Shown here in pieces: positions 25,657 through 38,245 of a stretch of 64,000 nucleotides of DNA (its first letter is position 1; each line of letters begins with the position of its first letter). The notes below the pieces were generated by a model. That model was not told the DNA's origin, searched no databases, and was given only the letters and a program-made list of their open reading frames with translations. Position numbers and translations under genes: made by a program. The stretch covers positions 372,001-436,000 of the forward strand of contig RDEW01000041.1 of the NCBI GenBank assembly GCA_011109175.1, read 5' to 3'. This stretch comes from Dicyema japonicum. Its lineage: Eukaryota; Animalia; Dicyemida.

Positions 25657-27972
25657 TCACAAAATCAACCGCCAGAAAGAATACTTAACATTCTGCAAAA
25701 AGTCCCTCAACTGTTCTGGAGTAAAGCACTGTCATAATCAGCAAAAATAACCTTAAAGATCATCCTATCACTCCCAGCAATGAACACAATCAAGTCAAAC
25801 ACCCCACGTGCCTCCCTCATTGTCTCATACATCTGTGCCAACCGAAGACAACTCTCCACAACAAATGCGTCCCTCACTCTCCCAAGTTTCCCAGTCTGAA
25901 TAACAACGAAAACATACAAACACGTCCCCCTCCAAATCCAGCGCACACTCTATGAACTCATACGCAGTCCTAATGGCCATTTCAAAGTTCACATGAGTCA
26001 GGTCACCAAATTCAGACTCGTAAGAACGGAACCACGTGTCATATCTCTCCTTAGATTTCTAACATGAGTCCAAAAGACACCGATAGTAGCTGGAAGAACA
26101 TAAACCTCTGGAAGACCACATCTTTTTGGAGAAAATCAAAGTCCACTGATGTCATTTTCTCGAACACCAAGAGGAGGACTGTAAATTCCTCATTTTCCAC
26201 TAATCTCAGCAACACTCCATTCAAAACGTCGACGAAAAGCTCGATGTGACCTGGGAGGTTAAGCATCCAGTCCATATTGGTGACCACATCACAACTCTAC
26301 TAATGATCACAATTTTGTAACCTTAGAAGTGGCCAAAAGTCTGGTCCCGATCTCCACAACAGGCAAGCCGTACCTCCTGCAGAGTGTAAAGCAGAATCGT
26401 CCGTTTTTTGGGTCACATGACACAGAATGGTTATAGATCTTGCAGATTTCCGCAATTTTAAATTCCGGGGTCAAAAATGTGGTATATTTGAGGGCAATCT
26501 TCCACGAATTTAGGGTGGAAATATACCGAAGCAATAACTTCTGGAATATCTCAGCCTAAAATAATAAGTGAGGGATACATTAAGAAGTTCAGGTTGGTCT
26601 CGGCCCCTGAGAATGCAAAGGTGAACAAGAAAACGGAGAATTTGGAGATCCTGGGTATCTGACAACTTTTCAAGGAAGTCGACTGTACTTTGGCTAGACA
26701 GAACCACAATTCTGAAGATGTTGAAATAAATGTCATTCTCATAACAGGAAAGTGCCCCTTCCGTGAGGAGATGGCCCAGTTCAGGACTAATCAACCCTTC
26801 TGATGAACAAAAACTCAAGTCTAGTCTCCATGTGGCCAAACAAGTAAGGGCAGCCCACGTACTGTCCTTCCAATCAGCACAGACTGGCAGAACAGCCTCA
26901 TAGTTGCCACAAAGAACCCCAAATAAAGCTACTTCGTAGTTTGATAGCGTTTTCTGCCGTTTATAGCAAATCTTACCAGCTGAGACATTTTCCTACAGCA
27001 TTCTCTCCAAGTATCTGAGTCAGATGTTTCCAGCAGCAAACAGGACCAGGGGGCCTCCTCATAGCATATTTTCTACAATTAAGCATATTCATTAAAGGCT
27101 TGGAAAAAGTCAGGGATTAATACTTAAAGCTGATAACTACAACCAAATGAGGGAAATAACGTGGAGGAAATAGGAGATCAGATAAATCAGATTTGCTTGC
27201 ATGGGAATCAATGGAATGATGTCACTAGTTTTAGCAATTTATGGCAATAAGGAAAATCATCAACATATGAGCTAACAATAGCGAATGAGACCAAAACTGG
27301 GAAAAGAAGCACTATGATGACTTGAACAGCTGCAAATAGTAATAATCACGTGGAATGAGAAATTGGCACCTTTGCTTCTTTTGTTCGACCACTCCTGACA
27401 TACTGGAACAATATTTTGGCTACGATCGCTTCTGATAATTTGAAATCGTCCGAAGCGGAGAAGAAAAGTCCATCAGGTCCCTTTGGAGATTCTTGAATAA
27501 ATCTATGGTTAAATACAATCACTACCGGTTAGAATTTATCAAGGCAGTCCCCAAGTTGTCCTCATCCATTTTGTAGTTGTCTTCGAACCAGGAGATGGCA
27601 ATCTGGTGATTAATATAGTAAACTTTAATGACGTCGTCGTCTCCGAAACTTACAGAGGAAGTAGAGGAACCCTCAGCCTCCAAAATGTCAATCAGAAGCT
27701 TCCAGAACTGAGATTCCTGATTAATGGCCACGAAGAGATCTTCAAGGATAGCTCTACAATATTAAACAAAACGACGTATCCGCTTGGTTAAAAAGTTTGG
27801 AATTCTTCATGTCGGCTTGAAGTCTTCTTAGAGGTTGATTGAAAATGTCTCCGGAGGTTCCAGCATCAGAGATAAAGTCACAGTAAGCAGCATCAATAGA
27901 ATTTTGAACTAGATTAAAGATTAGTGAGAGAATACTTTGGTCATCAATAGGATTTAGAAATTGAGAAAGCAT
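25657..27972 (-). CDS. NUP107: Nuclear pore complex protein Nup107 (Nup84 family), multi-exon
   Basis: QESQFWKLL, ISWFED, PDG...DD...ILFQYVRSGRTKEA, YEVALFGVLCGNYEAVLPVCADWKDSTWA, and C-terminal CFTPEQLRDFLQ match Nup107 motifs in order (LFTLIRAG.EEA; YERAIYAALSGNL..LLPVC.TWED.VWA; VFSKEELRKLLQ). Start codon approximate. Confidence 0.85.
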
Positions 27973-28221
27973 GGCTCACTTGAGAGTCAATGAACAAAAA
28001 TTTGAATTGTATTTTTATTAAAATAAATTTTATTTTAAATTTTTCAAATAAAAAATAACAAGCGGTAAATTAAGCTGGACTTAATTATTGAATTTTATGA
28101 AATTAAAAAAAAATTTTTTATTCGAAATTTCGCAACAAAAAATAAACTCGTGCGTATAAATTAATTTAAAAATTGACAAAATAAAACATTAAATTATTTT
28201 TAAAATAATTCGTCTCCTGTG

Positions 28222-28695
28222 ATGAGTCTTATTATTCCTGGTCTCTTCCTTGGAGGCGTAATGGACGCCTCAAACAAATCATTCCTTATTAAAAACAGAA
28301 TAAAAGGTGTCCTAACAGTCAACACATACCGACCGATTGAACACGAGGGAGTATTAAACAAATTCATAAATTGTTGTCAATCCACCAACTTACTGAAGTA
28401 TTTTGACACGTGCTACGACTTTATAAACCATATCATAGAACGTGGAGATTCTGTCCTGGTACACTGGTGAGTCACTGTTTAATTCTAGCGAATATGGTGT
28501 CTCTAGGAGTGCTACTGTTGTTATCGCTTACATTATGAAAAGTAGCCAAATCGGGCTTTCGGAGGCGTTCAAAGTCGCTGAGAAGAAGAGAATGCAGATT
28601 GAGTTGTTAGTTTTTTTACTTTCAGTCCTTCAGACGACTTCCTTCATCAGCTCAATGAATATGAAGAAATTGTCCTCCGAAAGCGGCAGTCGTGA
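28222..28695 (+). CDS. Atypical dual-specificity protein phosphatase (catalytic domain only)
   Basis: LFLGG...VLTV...FDTCYDFI...VLVHC|EYGVSRSATVVIAYIM...ID|PSDDFLHQL.EYE; HCxxGxSRS motif restored by removing a 22 nt intron. Confidence 0.9.
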
Positions 28696-28789
28696 TTTTG
28701 AATTTAAATGATCATTTTTAAGAAATTTTTGTTTGTGATTTCACTATTTTAATCAGACGTGTATCCAATTATTTTTATTTTTAAAATAA

Positions 28790-29005
28790 TTAATAAATAA
28801 TTTAAAATTACACGTGCTTTTGTTATTGGCCTGTGATTATAATTTGGCGTTGATTATCAATGATTGTGATAAATTACGAGGATGATGGCCAAATATAGCC
28901 CTTAATTTCAGTCATTATATGACTTGCTGAGAAGGGCAACATTATTGGTGACTTCTACGCAGTCTGTATGAACTACACTCTGTATTTCACCCACCAACAT
29001 TTATT
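28790..29005 (-). repeat. ~210 bp dispersed repeat, right member of the inverted pair
   Basis: Reverse complement of 15648-15860. Confidence 0.9.
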
Positions 29006-30274
29006 ACTTAGTTCCATGTGCTTAATTCGTCATAAGATTAGCATGTTTTTGGATTAAAATATAGCATTACTTTTGAGTGCTCCATGTCTATCTTAGGTTT
29101 TTTACGTCATTTTGTAAGGAGAACGAGCTTTCGTCAACTTCGACTACCAGGTCCTGGCCGCCTGTAGCACTGTTGGCTTGCTTTATAGGAGAGTTCATAC
29201 ATACTTTTCATAAAACATCCCCAATCCACAAATGTGTTAATAGTCCATTCAACTCTATGACACAATTTAAAGAAGTGCTTGTCAAAGCCTAAAAAATAAA
29301 TAGTATGACCACAGGATGTGCGTGTATTTTTCAAGCCACGTGACTAAACAATAAACTGTAAAATCTACCGGTTTTAGCAAACATTGTGATTTACACACTG
29401 TATTTCCAAAGTTCTTCAGAGTCGATAAACATTTCCATCCTTTCAGGCATATTCGAGATGATGAAGGTATTATCCACGCTAGTTATGTAACCCCGACTTC
29501 ACTAACTTGTAGGAGACCACAGGCTATTAAGTAGGATAAAGAAAATTCCAGTTACGCGCATAGATCGATAAGTCTTGCTTGATAGACGACAGCGTACAAG
29601 TTCAGGACATTCAAAATGTTGATTTGATATCAACTGGTAGAGGTCGTAAAATGAACGAGTGATATCTTTTGCATCGTCCAGTTTACGTATGTACACCAGT
29701 GTAAAGGTGAAGCGCCCACATTTTCGACGAACCGGGTTTATCCAAATGCCCTTCAGAAGAGAGGATTCTGATTTGTCCATTAGAGGAGGGGGCCGGTGTA
29801 GTATTACAATAAAGTTTTTCGGTGACTCGTGTGGAAATAAAAATCTATTAAAATTAAAAAAAATAAAAATAGTGATAAAAAAACAAATTAAAATATTAGC
29901 TTTTAGACTAAAAAATAATATTTTAATTTTTTAATTTGGAAGTCAAATCTCAATGAATGAACCTCGCATTCGTTCTCCTTGCTAAGGTCTCGAAGGAGGT
30001 AGTGTCTACCAAAGAGGACGAAGAGTTATTGAGAGTTTCAATTAATAAGGAAAGGAAAGTGAAACCTTTGCTGACGGGTGTTTAATGTACTGAGTTTATA
30101 GGGAACTTGGCGTAGTAAGAGATCCTGTATTGTCCAATAACCGCCATTATAAAGTTGTGTTTTTGCAGAAATTAACAAAGAAATTCAAATAATGTATTTT
30201 TGATTATATAAATTTAAAAAAATAATCTTAAAATTATTTTTATAAAATTTTTATAATAAAATGTTTATATAATT

Positions 30275-30643
30275 ATGCGACCAAATGTTAAAAGATTAGG
30301 GCAGATTCTTGACTATCTTTCAATTCCCGCTTTTATTATTGGAATTATTGGGTCGTTACTTGGTTTTCCTATTTCCTCACCTTAGACTCGTTCTTTACCT
30401 TCCACTCGCAAATAACGAAGGCTATGATGATATCTGGAATCACCATCGGGCTAATCTTCTTCTTCCTTGCTATCGTCTTCCACAAAATTGTAAAATAATT
30501 CATAAGTCGAACAGAACGAATATTACACTAACATAGAGTTGCGGGACATCTCCACAGTTGTCATGTATAACCAAAATTCGCTTCCCCCATCCTACAATGT
30601 TTTCAATGAGCCATCACAGCCAGAACATCCACCAGATCTATAA
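30275..30643 (+). CDS. Small two-TM membrane protein with C-terminal PPxY motif (~106 aa)
   Basis: Two GT-AG introns (23 and 25 nt) give MRPNVKRLGQILDYLSIPAFIIGIIGSLLDSFFTFHSQITKAMMISGITIGLIFFFLAIVFHKINEYY...LPPSYNVF...PPDL*. Confidence 0.7.
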
Positions 30644-32091
30644 ATTCTTAGTTTACAATATTTTGTAACAAATTTGATTTACATTGAGTAATAGCGTTTG
30701 TAATAAAAGTCAACGTGCTTCCCCCGTTTCCCCATCGACTAGATTCATTTAGATAGTCGTCGATAAGCGCAACTAAGGTAGACGCAGCCATAGAGGTTAA
30801 TCGGTATTTTATCACCCATCAGGAAGATGATCTGAATAGTTTGAAAGGTTTCACCTACAAGAGGATCCAAAACTGTTGACATGAATTACTAGAAAATGAG
30901 GGTCCAAAACGTGAATTCAAATTTGTTCTTAATATTTCAATAATTTTTTGGGGAATGAGAATTTTTCAGGCCTGGTTGATAGAGTTGTCTCATTCACTGC
31001 CACAGGTTTTTTCACTGACAGCTCATTCTGTATGTCGATTCAGCCGAGCGGAGAAATATCAACACTCGGAGATCTTTCTGTTTGTTCCAATCACCACCGA
31101 AATCTCTGGATCGGTCAGAAGAATGAGTGAAAGAGTCATCAACTGCAATTGGAAGCGAATCAAGACCCCCGCGAACGGAGGTGGTTTTTACAGCGCCTAG
31201 TTTTTGTCGTTCATGGCAATGCCCACTGTCTCTTAGATGCTGGATTTTGATTTTTTACTAATTTTGCTTGAATAAATTAAATCATTGAAACAAATAATAA
31301 CGAAGTGTCATCATCCGTGGGAATACCACACTTAGGCATAATTCCTTGTGATCTTCAGGAAGATATGAGACTATCTGTGATATCATTTATGGGATGATTC
31401 TCAAATTCTGAGATGGTCCTCCTTAAAATCCATTGGTTAAAACAATTTTCCTTTAAGAGTTTGTTAATTATCTAGTCTTCTTCGTGTCTCTGAAAAGATT
31501 ACGTTGATTGTAAGCGATACTTTTCCACGTTTTTCATGCCAGACAAATCAGGACATTAGCGGATCTGGTGTTTCTTTACTACAGACCTTAGCATATCTTT
31601 TGCGTACGTCAATCATTATTAATCCCAGGTACGTCACGGGAATGGGTTGTCGTCTTGTTCAATCAACTTCTAAAACCGACGGTAGAGTACCTCATGGGCT
31701 TATGGAGCTTCAATATCCAATTCATACAAGATCAACTCCCTAGCAGGCAAACTTGCACGTCTAACAAATCTACCCCCGATCTTTTCCGCCAATGCTTGAC
31801 CACGCCGCAATCAAAAATAACGGCTCCGGCTTCATCGGTCTGTGTGGTCAAGAAACAAGTCGTTTCTTCCATTCAAGGCTAGAGCCTCAAATACACGAAA
31901 TTTGGGAAAAAACCCACCCCTCTTCAAACTCTAATGAAGGATGATCGTCGTCTATTCAGAAAAGCCGTGGGTACTCTGGAGGAACATAGGAAAAACCTCT
32001 CGATCCTGTTAGAGGCGTACCGAAATCACTTAATTAGTTGGTTTACTCCTTTTTTCTTGGTGTTCCCTTTTCGGGGTTATTAAAATAAAAA

Positions 32092-32265
32092 AAGTCCCAG
32101 GTACACCGAGAAAGAAGTTAACAACTAATTAAGTGTATCCAGTTCTCACTGTCTCAGAAACAGTCTTCCAATGTCACTCAAATCCATCCAGAACCAGCAT
32201 AAAGGTAGAAAGACCTCCATTTCTCTCAATTGTGAGAACCCCTCCCGTGGAGTAGGGTAGAGAAA
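32092..32265 (-). mobile_element. SINE family A, degenerate 3' half, tail-to-tail with a plus-strand tail at ~32030-32090
   Basis: TACACCGAGAAAGAAGTTAACAACTAATTAAGTGTATCCAG matches the family A tail. Confidence 0.65.
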
Positions 32266-33815
32266 ATATATGAACCTTAAATGATCTTTAATGCTAAAAT
32301 TGTAATTTTTTATATCCAAGATAAAAAATTAGAAGTTATATGATATCAAGGCAGGATTTGAGACCACAAAAACGTGGCTGTGTTGTGGTTATGCCTGTTG
32401 TAAGAAGAGCACCTAAAAATATTATTGAAACCCAAAAGGTCGTGTCTGACCGCAGTGTTCGAGAGTCCTTTGAAAAGAATATTGTTGAGAACACTAAAGA
32501 TATCCCTAATAGAAGTGATGGAAAGTCATCTCTGGAACAGTTACTCAACAAGTGTATATACCTCTCAGCCCGGATTTTCTTTCATCGTTTCAAAAAGATG
32601 GCTACAACCTTGGTGTTGGAAATTTAACCGTCAAATCAAGAACTGTGGCCACGTCTCTATAAGATCTGGAATACATGATTGTTTCCAGAAAATCCTCTGT
32701 GGACTGGTATCAAGACTCTGCAGTCAGATTTTTCAGATGCTGAAATTTGACCACGTTGCATCTCGAAGCATTGAAAAGGAGAAATGGCTTATTTGCGAGA
32801 TGAGCACGGAATGAGAAAACTGTCCTTCCAAAGGAAACTAGAAGAAGTTGGTCACATCTCTTTTTTTATCATCGACATTTATGCATTTGAAGGTCCCAAG
32901 TCATACGGAACATTGTGAATTTATATCTGTTGACGTTTACTGCTACGATGTGTGGATTACCATTGGGAGAATGTATTCGAAGATTCTTATCAATTGTGTT
33001 GCCTGGATATATCGTAGGCTTTCGATATTGTTTGGCATGACTCACTGTTGTATCAGCTATTCGCAGTTGAAATTCCTTAGCTTTTACTCGAAAGCTCAGA
33101 ATTCAATGTATTTATGAGGGATTTTCCGACTCCTACCAATCCTAGTACTAACGTGATTATTTATGGGGATGATTTACTGAAATCAGATGTCTCGAAAAGT
33201 TCGGTGGTGTCTGAGGGAAGATTACGTGAATTTTTGGAAGAAATTATCTGATGGTGCAAATCCCGTGGCTTAGGTCTCTGTGGAAAAGTTGAAGGACATG
33301 CCAATTTCACACTTAGAAAGTTCTTTCAACAAGAGTCCACACTGAGTGGTGTAGTAATGTTGATCATCTGTGTTATTTGGTTGTCCGTTTTGGATGAGAG
33401 GAGGTTATGTTGAAGGTGCCAAGAAGAAAAAAGCAAAAACCTTCTGTGTTTACGGAAACTCGGTTTGAAGGAAACTTTTATCTTTATTTTTTAAAGAATT
33501 ATTCTACCCTCTCTCATCTACGGATGTGAGAGGGTAGTATATTTAGCCAAAGAGAGACAATAATCAACCTTAAGACTAGAGGATGGCGATCAAGCTGGTC
33601 TTCGTAAAAAAATGAAGAAATGGTAGAAAAAGAAGAGAAAACGCTAACCAACTCAGTAAGGAACGCATTAGTGAAACGGATCAGGGTTTTCTTCTAAGGA
33701 CCAGAATGCATGACAAGTACGTTCAGACGAGACTTTAAAACTAGAGGGGGTAAAACCACGAATGAATGCAGGATTTTTAGTAAAAAGTAATCCCCCATAA
33801 CTATCGATACGACAT

Positions 33816-34093
33816 TTTTTAAGCACTCCCGGGAAATCAAAAATTAATTAATTAATTAACTTCCCTTGTGCCACGTCCAGTATCCTCCCACACATCCTCT
33901 TCCATGTTCCCCTGTTCCGGGCCATTGCTCGTAGTGAGTCAAGATCTTCACCATTTCGTAGAGTTTTGTTTATTCGGATTAGGTCATCATTTAGTACTAA
34001 AGGCAACGCCACTCTAGTCCTGCCACGGAATGATCCCTTCAGTTGTGCGAAATAGTTCTCCATTGCAATGTTTGTTGGAGTCAACATATCCAT
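33816..34093 (-). mobile_element. 5'-truncated RTE-like LINE 3' end with 13 bp TSD
   Basis: PTNIAMENYF...FRGRTRVALPLVLNDDL...EDLDSLR..ARNR..W; ATCGATACGACAT repeated at 33803-33815 and 34497-34509. Confidence 0.75.
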
Positions 34094-34482
34094 TTAAATT
34101 TATTAAATTCATTTAAATTTATTTTTTATTTATTTATTTTTTTATTAAAAAATTTTTTAAATTTATTAAATTTATTAACCCCGGATACACCGAGAAAGAA
34201 GTTAAAAGTAAACAACTAATTAAGAGTATCCAGTTTCCATTTCTACAGAAACGAAGTCCATCCGGAATCAGCATAAATGGTAAGACGTCCATTACATGCA
34301 GTTGTGGAAACCCCTCCAGTGGACTGGGGGAGAGCAAATGATCCTTTTTCGTGCCGGCCTGGCACTGGGCGTCACCTAGACAGGTGGATCACATGACGCC
34401 ACTCTAATGGAAGAGACAGGAGGAACAGACAAGAAAGCAGAAAACTTCAACCAATTAACCACGCAACACCACATGGCGCCAC
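34094..34482 (-). mobile_element. SINE family A, full-length copy with long AT tail and 16 bp TSD
   Basis: Match to 411-726; GAGTCAACATATCCAT at 34078-34093 and 34483-34498. Confidence 0.9.
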
Positions 34483-35574
34483 GAGTCAACATATCCATCG
34501 ATACGACATGGTCTTTAATAAAAATTTTGTTCATTTTCATTAATTCTATAATTTAATTAAACTTTAATATTTTAAAATAGAATAACATCTTTTGAAATAT
34601 TTTTTAACTTTTAGTGATGCCAATAATATTAATATGTGTTTAATGACTAACTAATCCTGAACGAGGTAGAAATCCCATGCGAGAACGCATTAAGATTTTT
34701 GGAGTAACTTTCGACACAGCTTCAACCAGGAACCACATATTTATCAAATAACCGACGTTGTGATTAAGAACCCCTTTCGAGGTCCTTGCGTCAGGTGTAT
34801 TTCACGTGGGAAATAACCAGAACAACGTACCATCCGGGACTAATCAAATAAAATTATATGAGAACGGTGCACTTAATTTTTTTTATCAAAATGGATGTAA
34901 CTTTCTTTTTTCATGGGCGAGTTAAAACTCGGAGACGTACAGTTTCATGACTTAGGAATGTTCGGTAACATCAATACTTGTGGCTAGAATCTGCCAGGTT
35001 CAAAATTTGGACTAACATCAGAGGTTTTTCGCTTTACTCTACAACGACTTGGAATCATTTTTTTCGACACGTAAATCTTCAAGGTTTTATAATTCTTTAT
35101 TACTCAGGAATAGTTCGAGTGGCATTTGTTCAACAGATCCCACTCATGAGGCGACGAGTCCTTCTGGAAGTCGTTATTGTTGAAGGGACCTTCTTATCTT
35201 CTCCCTGACAAAATTCACTGGTGAAGATTACCACTATGAAAACTCTTTCGTTAAAGAATGAAGTTATGTCTGCGACGAAAATAGAATAGGGTGGATCTAC
35301 TTATTCAGTAAAAATTCAGTATATTTTCTGGTAGACCGATCAAGTCATTTTATCGATACGGAGACGGATTGATCATGAGGAATACTGAGAGGATAGCTGC
35401 ACAACTACCTAGTGACTGTGAGGGATGGTTTTTATCCTAATAGAGGTCATCTTCCTCGAATTCAGTTTGAGGGAACTATCAGTGAATAGTGTAAATAGCA
35501 ACATCACTGGAAACTATGTGAATTCACTCACGTTCTATTTAGAGTCATCGTTATAACTTAGGAGGCCAAGATCC

Positions 35575-35720
35575 ATAAAAATCCACAGCTGTGGGAACCC
35601 TTCCACTGGAGTAATGAAGTGAGAGATCCTTTTTAAATGGTACCCAAATACCAGACAGCAGTCTCCTGAGACAGGTAGATCACACAACGTCTCTTAGGAT
35701 TCGAGGAAGGCACAAAGCAG
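35575..35720 (-). mobile_element. SINE family A, old degenerate copy
   Basis: CAGCTGTGGGAACCCTTCCACTGGA...GATCCTTTTT...GAGACAGGTAGATCACA aligns with the family core. Confidence 0.5.
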
Positions 35721-36180
35721 TAAGAGTTTTTCATTTCATAGGGTTTCCCGACCATTAGCGTCATTTTCCGGTTCAATAGCTTAACTTTCCCGACAAATTT
35801 ATTTGTTCACAAAAATGGCTGGGAGTGTCCTGGTCAAGTAATGGCCACGTCACTTTTAATTAGTGGAAGATATCACCCCTTTGTGGGCGATTACAGGTGG
35901 CATTTACGAAAAATCGTTTTCTGGAGGCGACAAATTATTCATTGAGACAGGATGGCACAACTGATTGCGGAGAATGGTATCACCGAATAGTTTGATTTTT
36001 TCTTTATTTATCGATGTCCACGACTTCTTTAAAATGGTAAATCAATATTTTAAACCCACTCTAGTTAAATCATGTGCTATTCTTCAGATATTTCCAGCCA
36101 ATAATAAACGAATAGTAACAAATTAACTAAAATAGAAATATTTGATTTCAAGTTAGTATTTTTAATTATTAAAATTTAAA

Positions 36181-36637
36181 TTATTTATTTTTAAAAATCC
36201 ACGGATGGATCTTTGGTTTAGTGGTGCTATAGGGTACATATCTCTCATCGGTCCCAGTCACGTTGGCTGTGTATTTTTTGATCCACTTATAATGGTGCTC
36301 ATCGTTTGGGAGTTCATCAGTTGTGTGCCTGAGCCATCGATTCCTAATGATCACATGCTGAAAAGTAACCATTGGACTGGCACGTGAGAAGCATCGTAGT
36401 TGAGATTATACTGAGGAGAGTACTCGACCCAACGGTCCCTTCCGTAAAAGTAGTACTTATTTTCGTAGTATTTGTTTCCAAATTCGTCCTTTCCCACCAA
36501 TGCACCGAATTTGAGAGTGTCAGTTCTCGTAGCTAAGTTAAACATGGTCACCTGTATAGTTTTAATAAACTTCCTATCAATCCATCGTTATGTTTGATGA
36601 TCTTTTTAAGATTGCAAACTTTGGACCACAACGACAT
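36181..36637 (-). CDS. NDUFA12: NADH:ubiquinone oxidoreductase subunit A12 (B17.2)
   Basis: GALVGKDEFGNKYYEN..FYGRDRWVEY...YDASHVPVQW|NRWLRHTTDELP...N.TGT..RYVPYSTTKPKIHPW; two tiny introns. Confidence 0.95.
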
Positions 36638-36769
36638 AAATTGAATTAATATTTGAAATTTAAAATTGAGAAAAATAAATATTATAATTTTATTAAAAAT
36701 CATGTCTAAAATTATATCCTAATTACCGGAAGTATATATGAACAATTTAATTGAAAAGAATCTGAGAAA

Positions 36770-36925
36770 TAATCAAGCTGTGAGGATGGAATGACTGTTT
36801 CCCCTGACAACTGCCAGAGAAATCCATTGGAGAGCCATTCGGTTTCCCGACGCTCATTAACCACTTTCGATATCATTGACCCATGCGATCTTGGAAAAAG
36901 ACCTTCTTGAGCCCCAAGACTCCGC
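36770..36925 (-). repeat. Dispersed repeat family C, copy 2
   Basis: Reverse-complement similarity to 24035-24180 and 45980-46115. Confidence 0.75.
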
Positions 36926-38044
36926 TCGTCATTATTTATTTAACAACCTAAGACCACGGTATAAACAAACAAATTAACACATGATCCAGATACGTTTTAT
37001 GACCTCATCTTCGCCGGTGTTTCTCTTTCGTGCCCGCAATAAACCGAGTTAGTACCAATCTTCCATATTCCCGATAAACTTTTTAGTTTATTTTCCCATT
37101 TCACAAAAATATTTTCTACGCGTGGTGATAGACAAAGATGCACTCAAGTGTCACACTCAAGATCTTTTGACATCTGTTGAAAGGGATTACATAGCTATGG
37201 TGACTAATTCTTTGGTCCAGGTTGTAACTCCCTTCTATACCACTTATGTCGAATCCATGCTTGGACAGTATAAACGAACTAATTATTCGAACCTGTAATG
37301 CTAGAGGCCTAAAAAAATTTACTCGAAACGTGCTTATAATCTTGTTGGTTGATGTGTAAGTTCACTATCACGGAAAGCTCATTTTTATGCAAAAAATAAT
37401 CAGAATATGTAGTCAATTTTTTGTTCAAATTGTTCGATTGCATTGAAAAAAATTTGCCGACAAACCTTGAAAATAAAAAAAACAGCATCAATTATGTCCG
37501 GGGGATCAATAGTTAGATTAATATTGCTATTGCATAAGCTAAATGCATTATCGAATATAAACTAACAATTTGTAACAAAATATGTAAACTAGCAATTTAT
37601 AGTGGAAACGCTGGTTGTGATTGATCAATGTAATTGCTGTATGATGGAGGAGGCGTTAAAGCCGTAGTATTCAGTGATTTCGAAACGTAGTACTTGTTCT
37701 ATTAAAATTAATGAATTATTAACCAATCTTGTAAAAATCGCATTAAAAAGAACGAAGATTAATGAAAATGCGTATCCACAAATCATTACGATTTTCGATA
37801 TTGGAGAATCCCCATTTAGTATCACTAAATTAAAGAAATAAGAAAACCACACAACATCGCAATAGCTCCTATCAACAAACAGGGACATTTAAGAATCCCA
37901 CAAATTATTTCTAATACTTTCGTAATACGTATCATAATATACATTAGAAAAATATTTTATTAAAATGCAAAATTTTTATGAAAATAAAATAATTTTAAAT
38001 AATTTTTTATATTAAAATTAATTATTTTCGCTAAATTATTTAAA

Positions 38045-38245
38045 AATACGACACTGGCAGTCGTTCTCGACAAGGACCTCAAAGAAATGGGACGGCATCT
38101 TGGAAGTGGAGAGGATCTTGACTGGTTGCGCACTGCGGCTTTGAATAGGAGGAAGTGGATGAAACTAACCAGTGATTTGCTCACTCGTGTTGCACATGCT
38201 TTGTCAAGTCCTATGACATAGCGATAAGTGCTAATAATAATATTC
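38045..38245 (+). mobile_element. RTE-like LINE 3' end
   Basis: LAVVLDKDL...GSGEDLDWLRTAALNRRKW, ending GTGCT(AAT)n. Confidence 0.55.

Noticed and set aside
29502-29780. ITRSFYDLYQL looked like a PX-domain motif
   Set aside because: The remaining PX features could not be recovered and no consistent exon chain was found.
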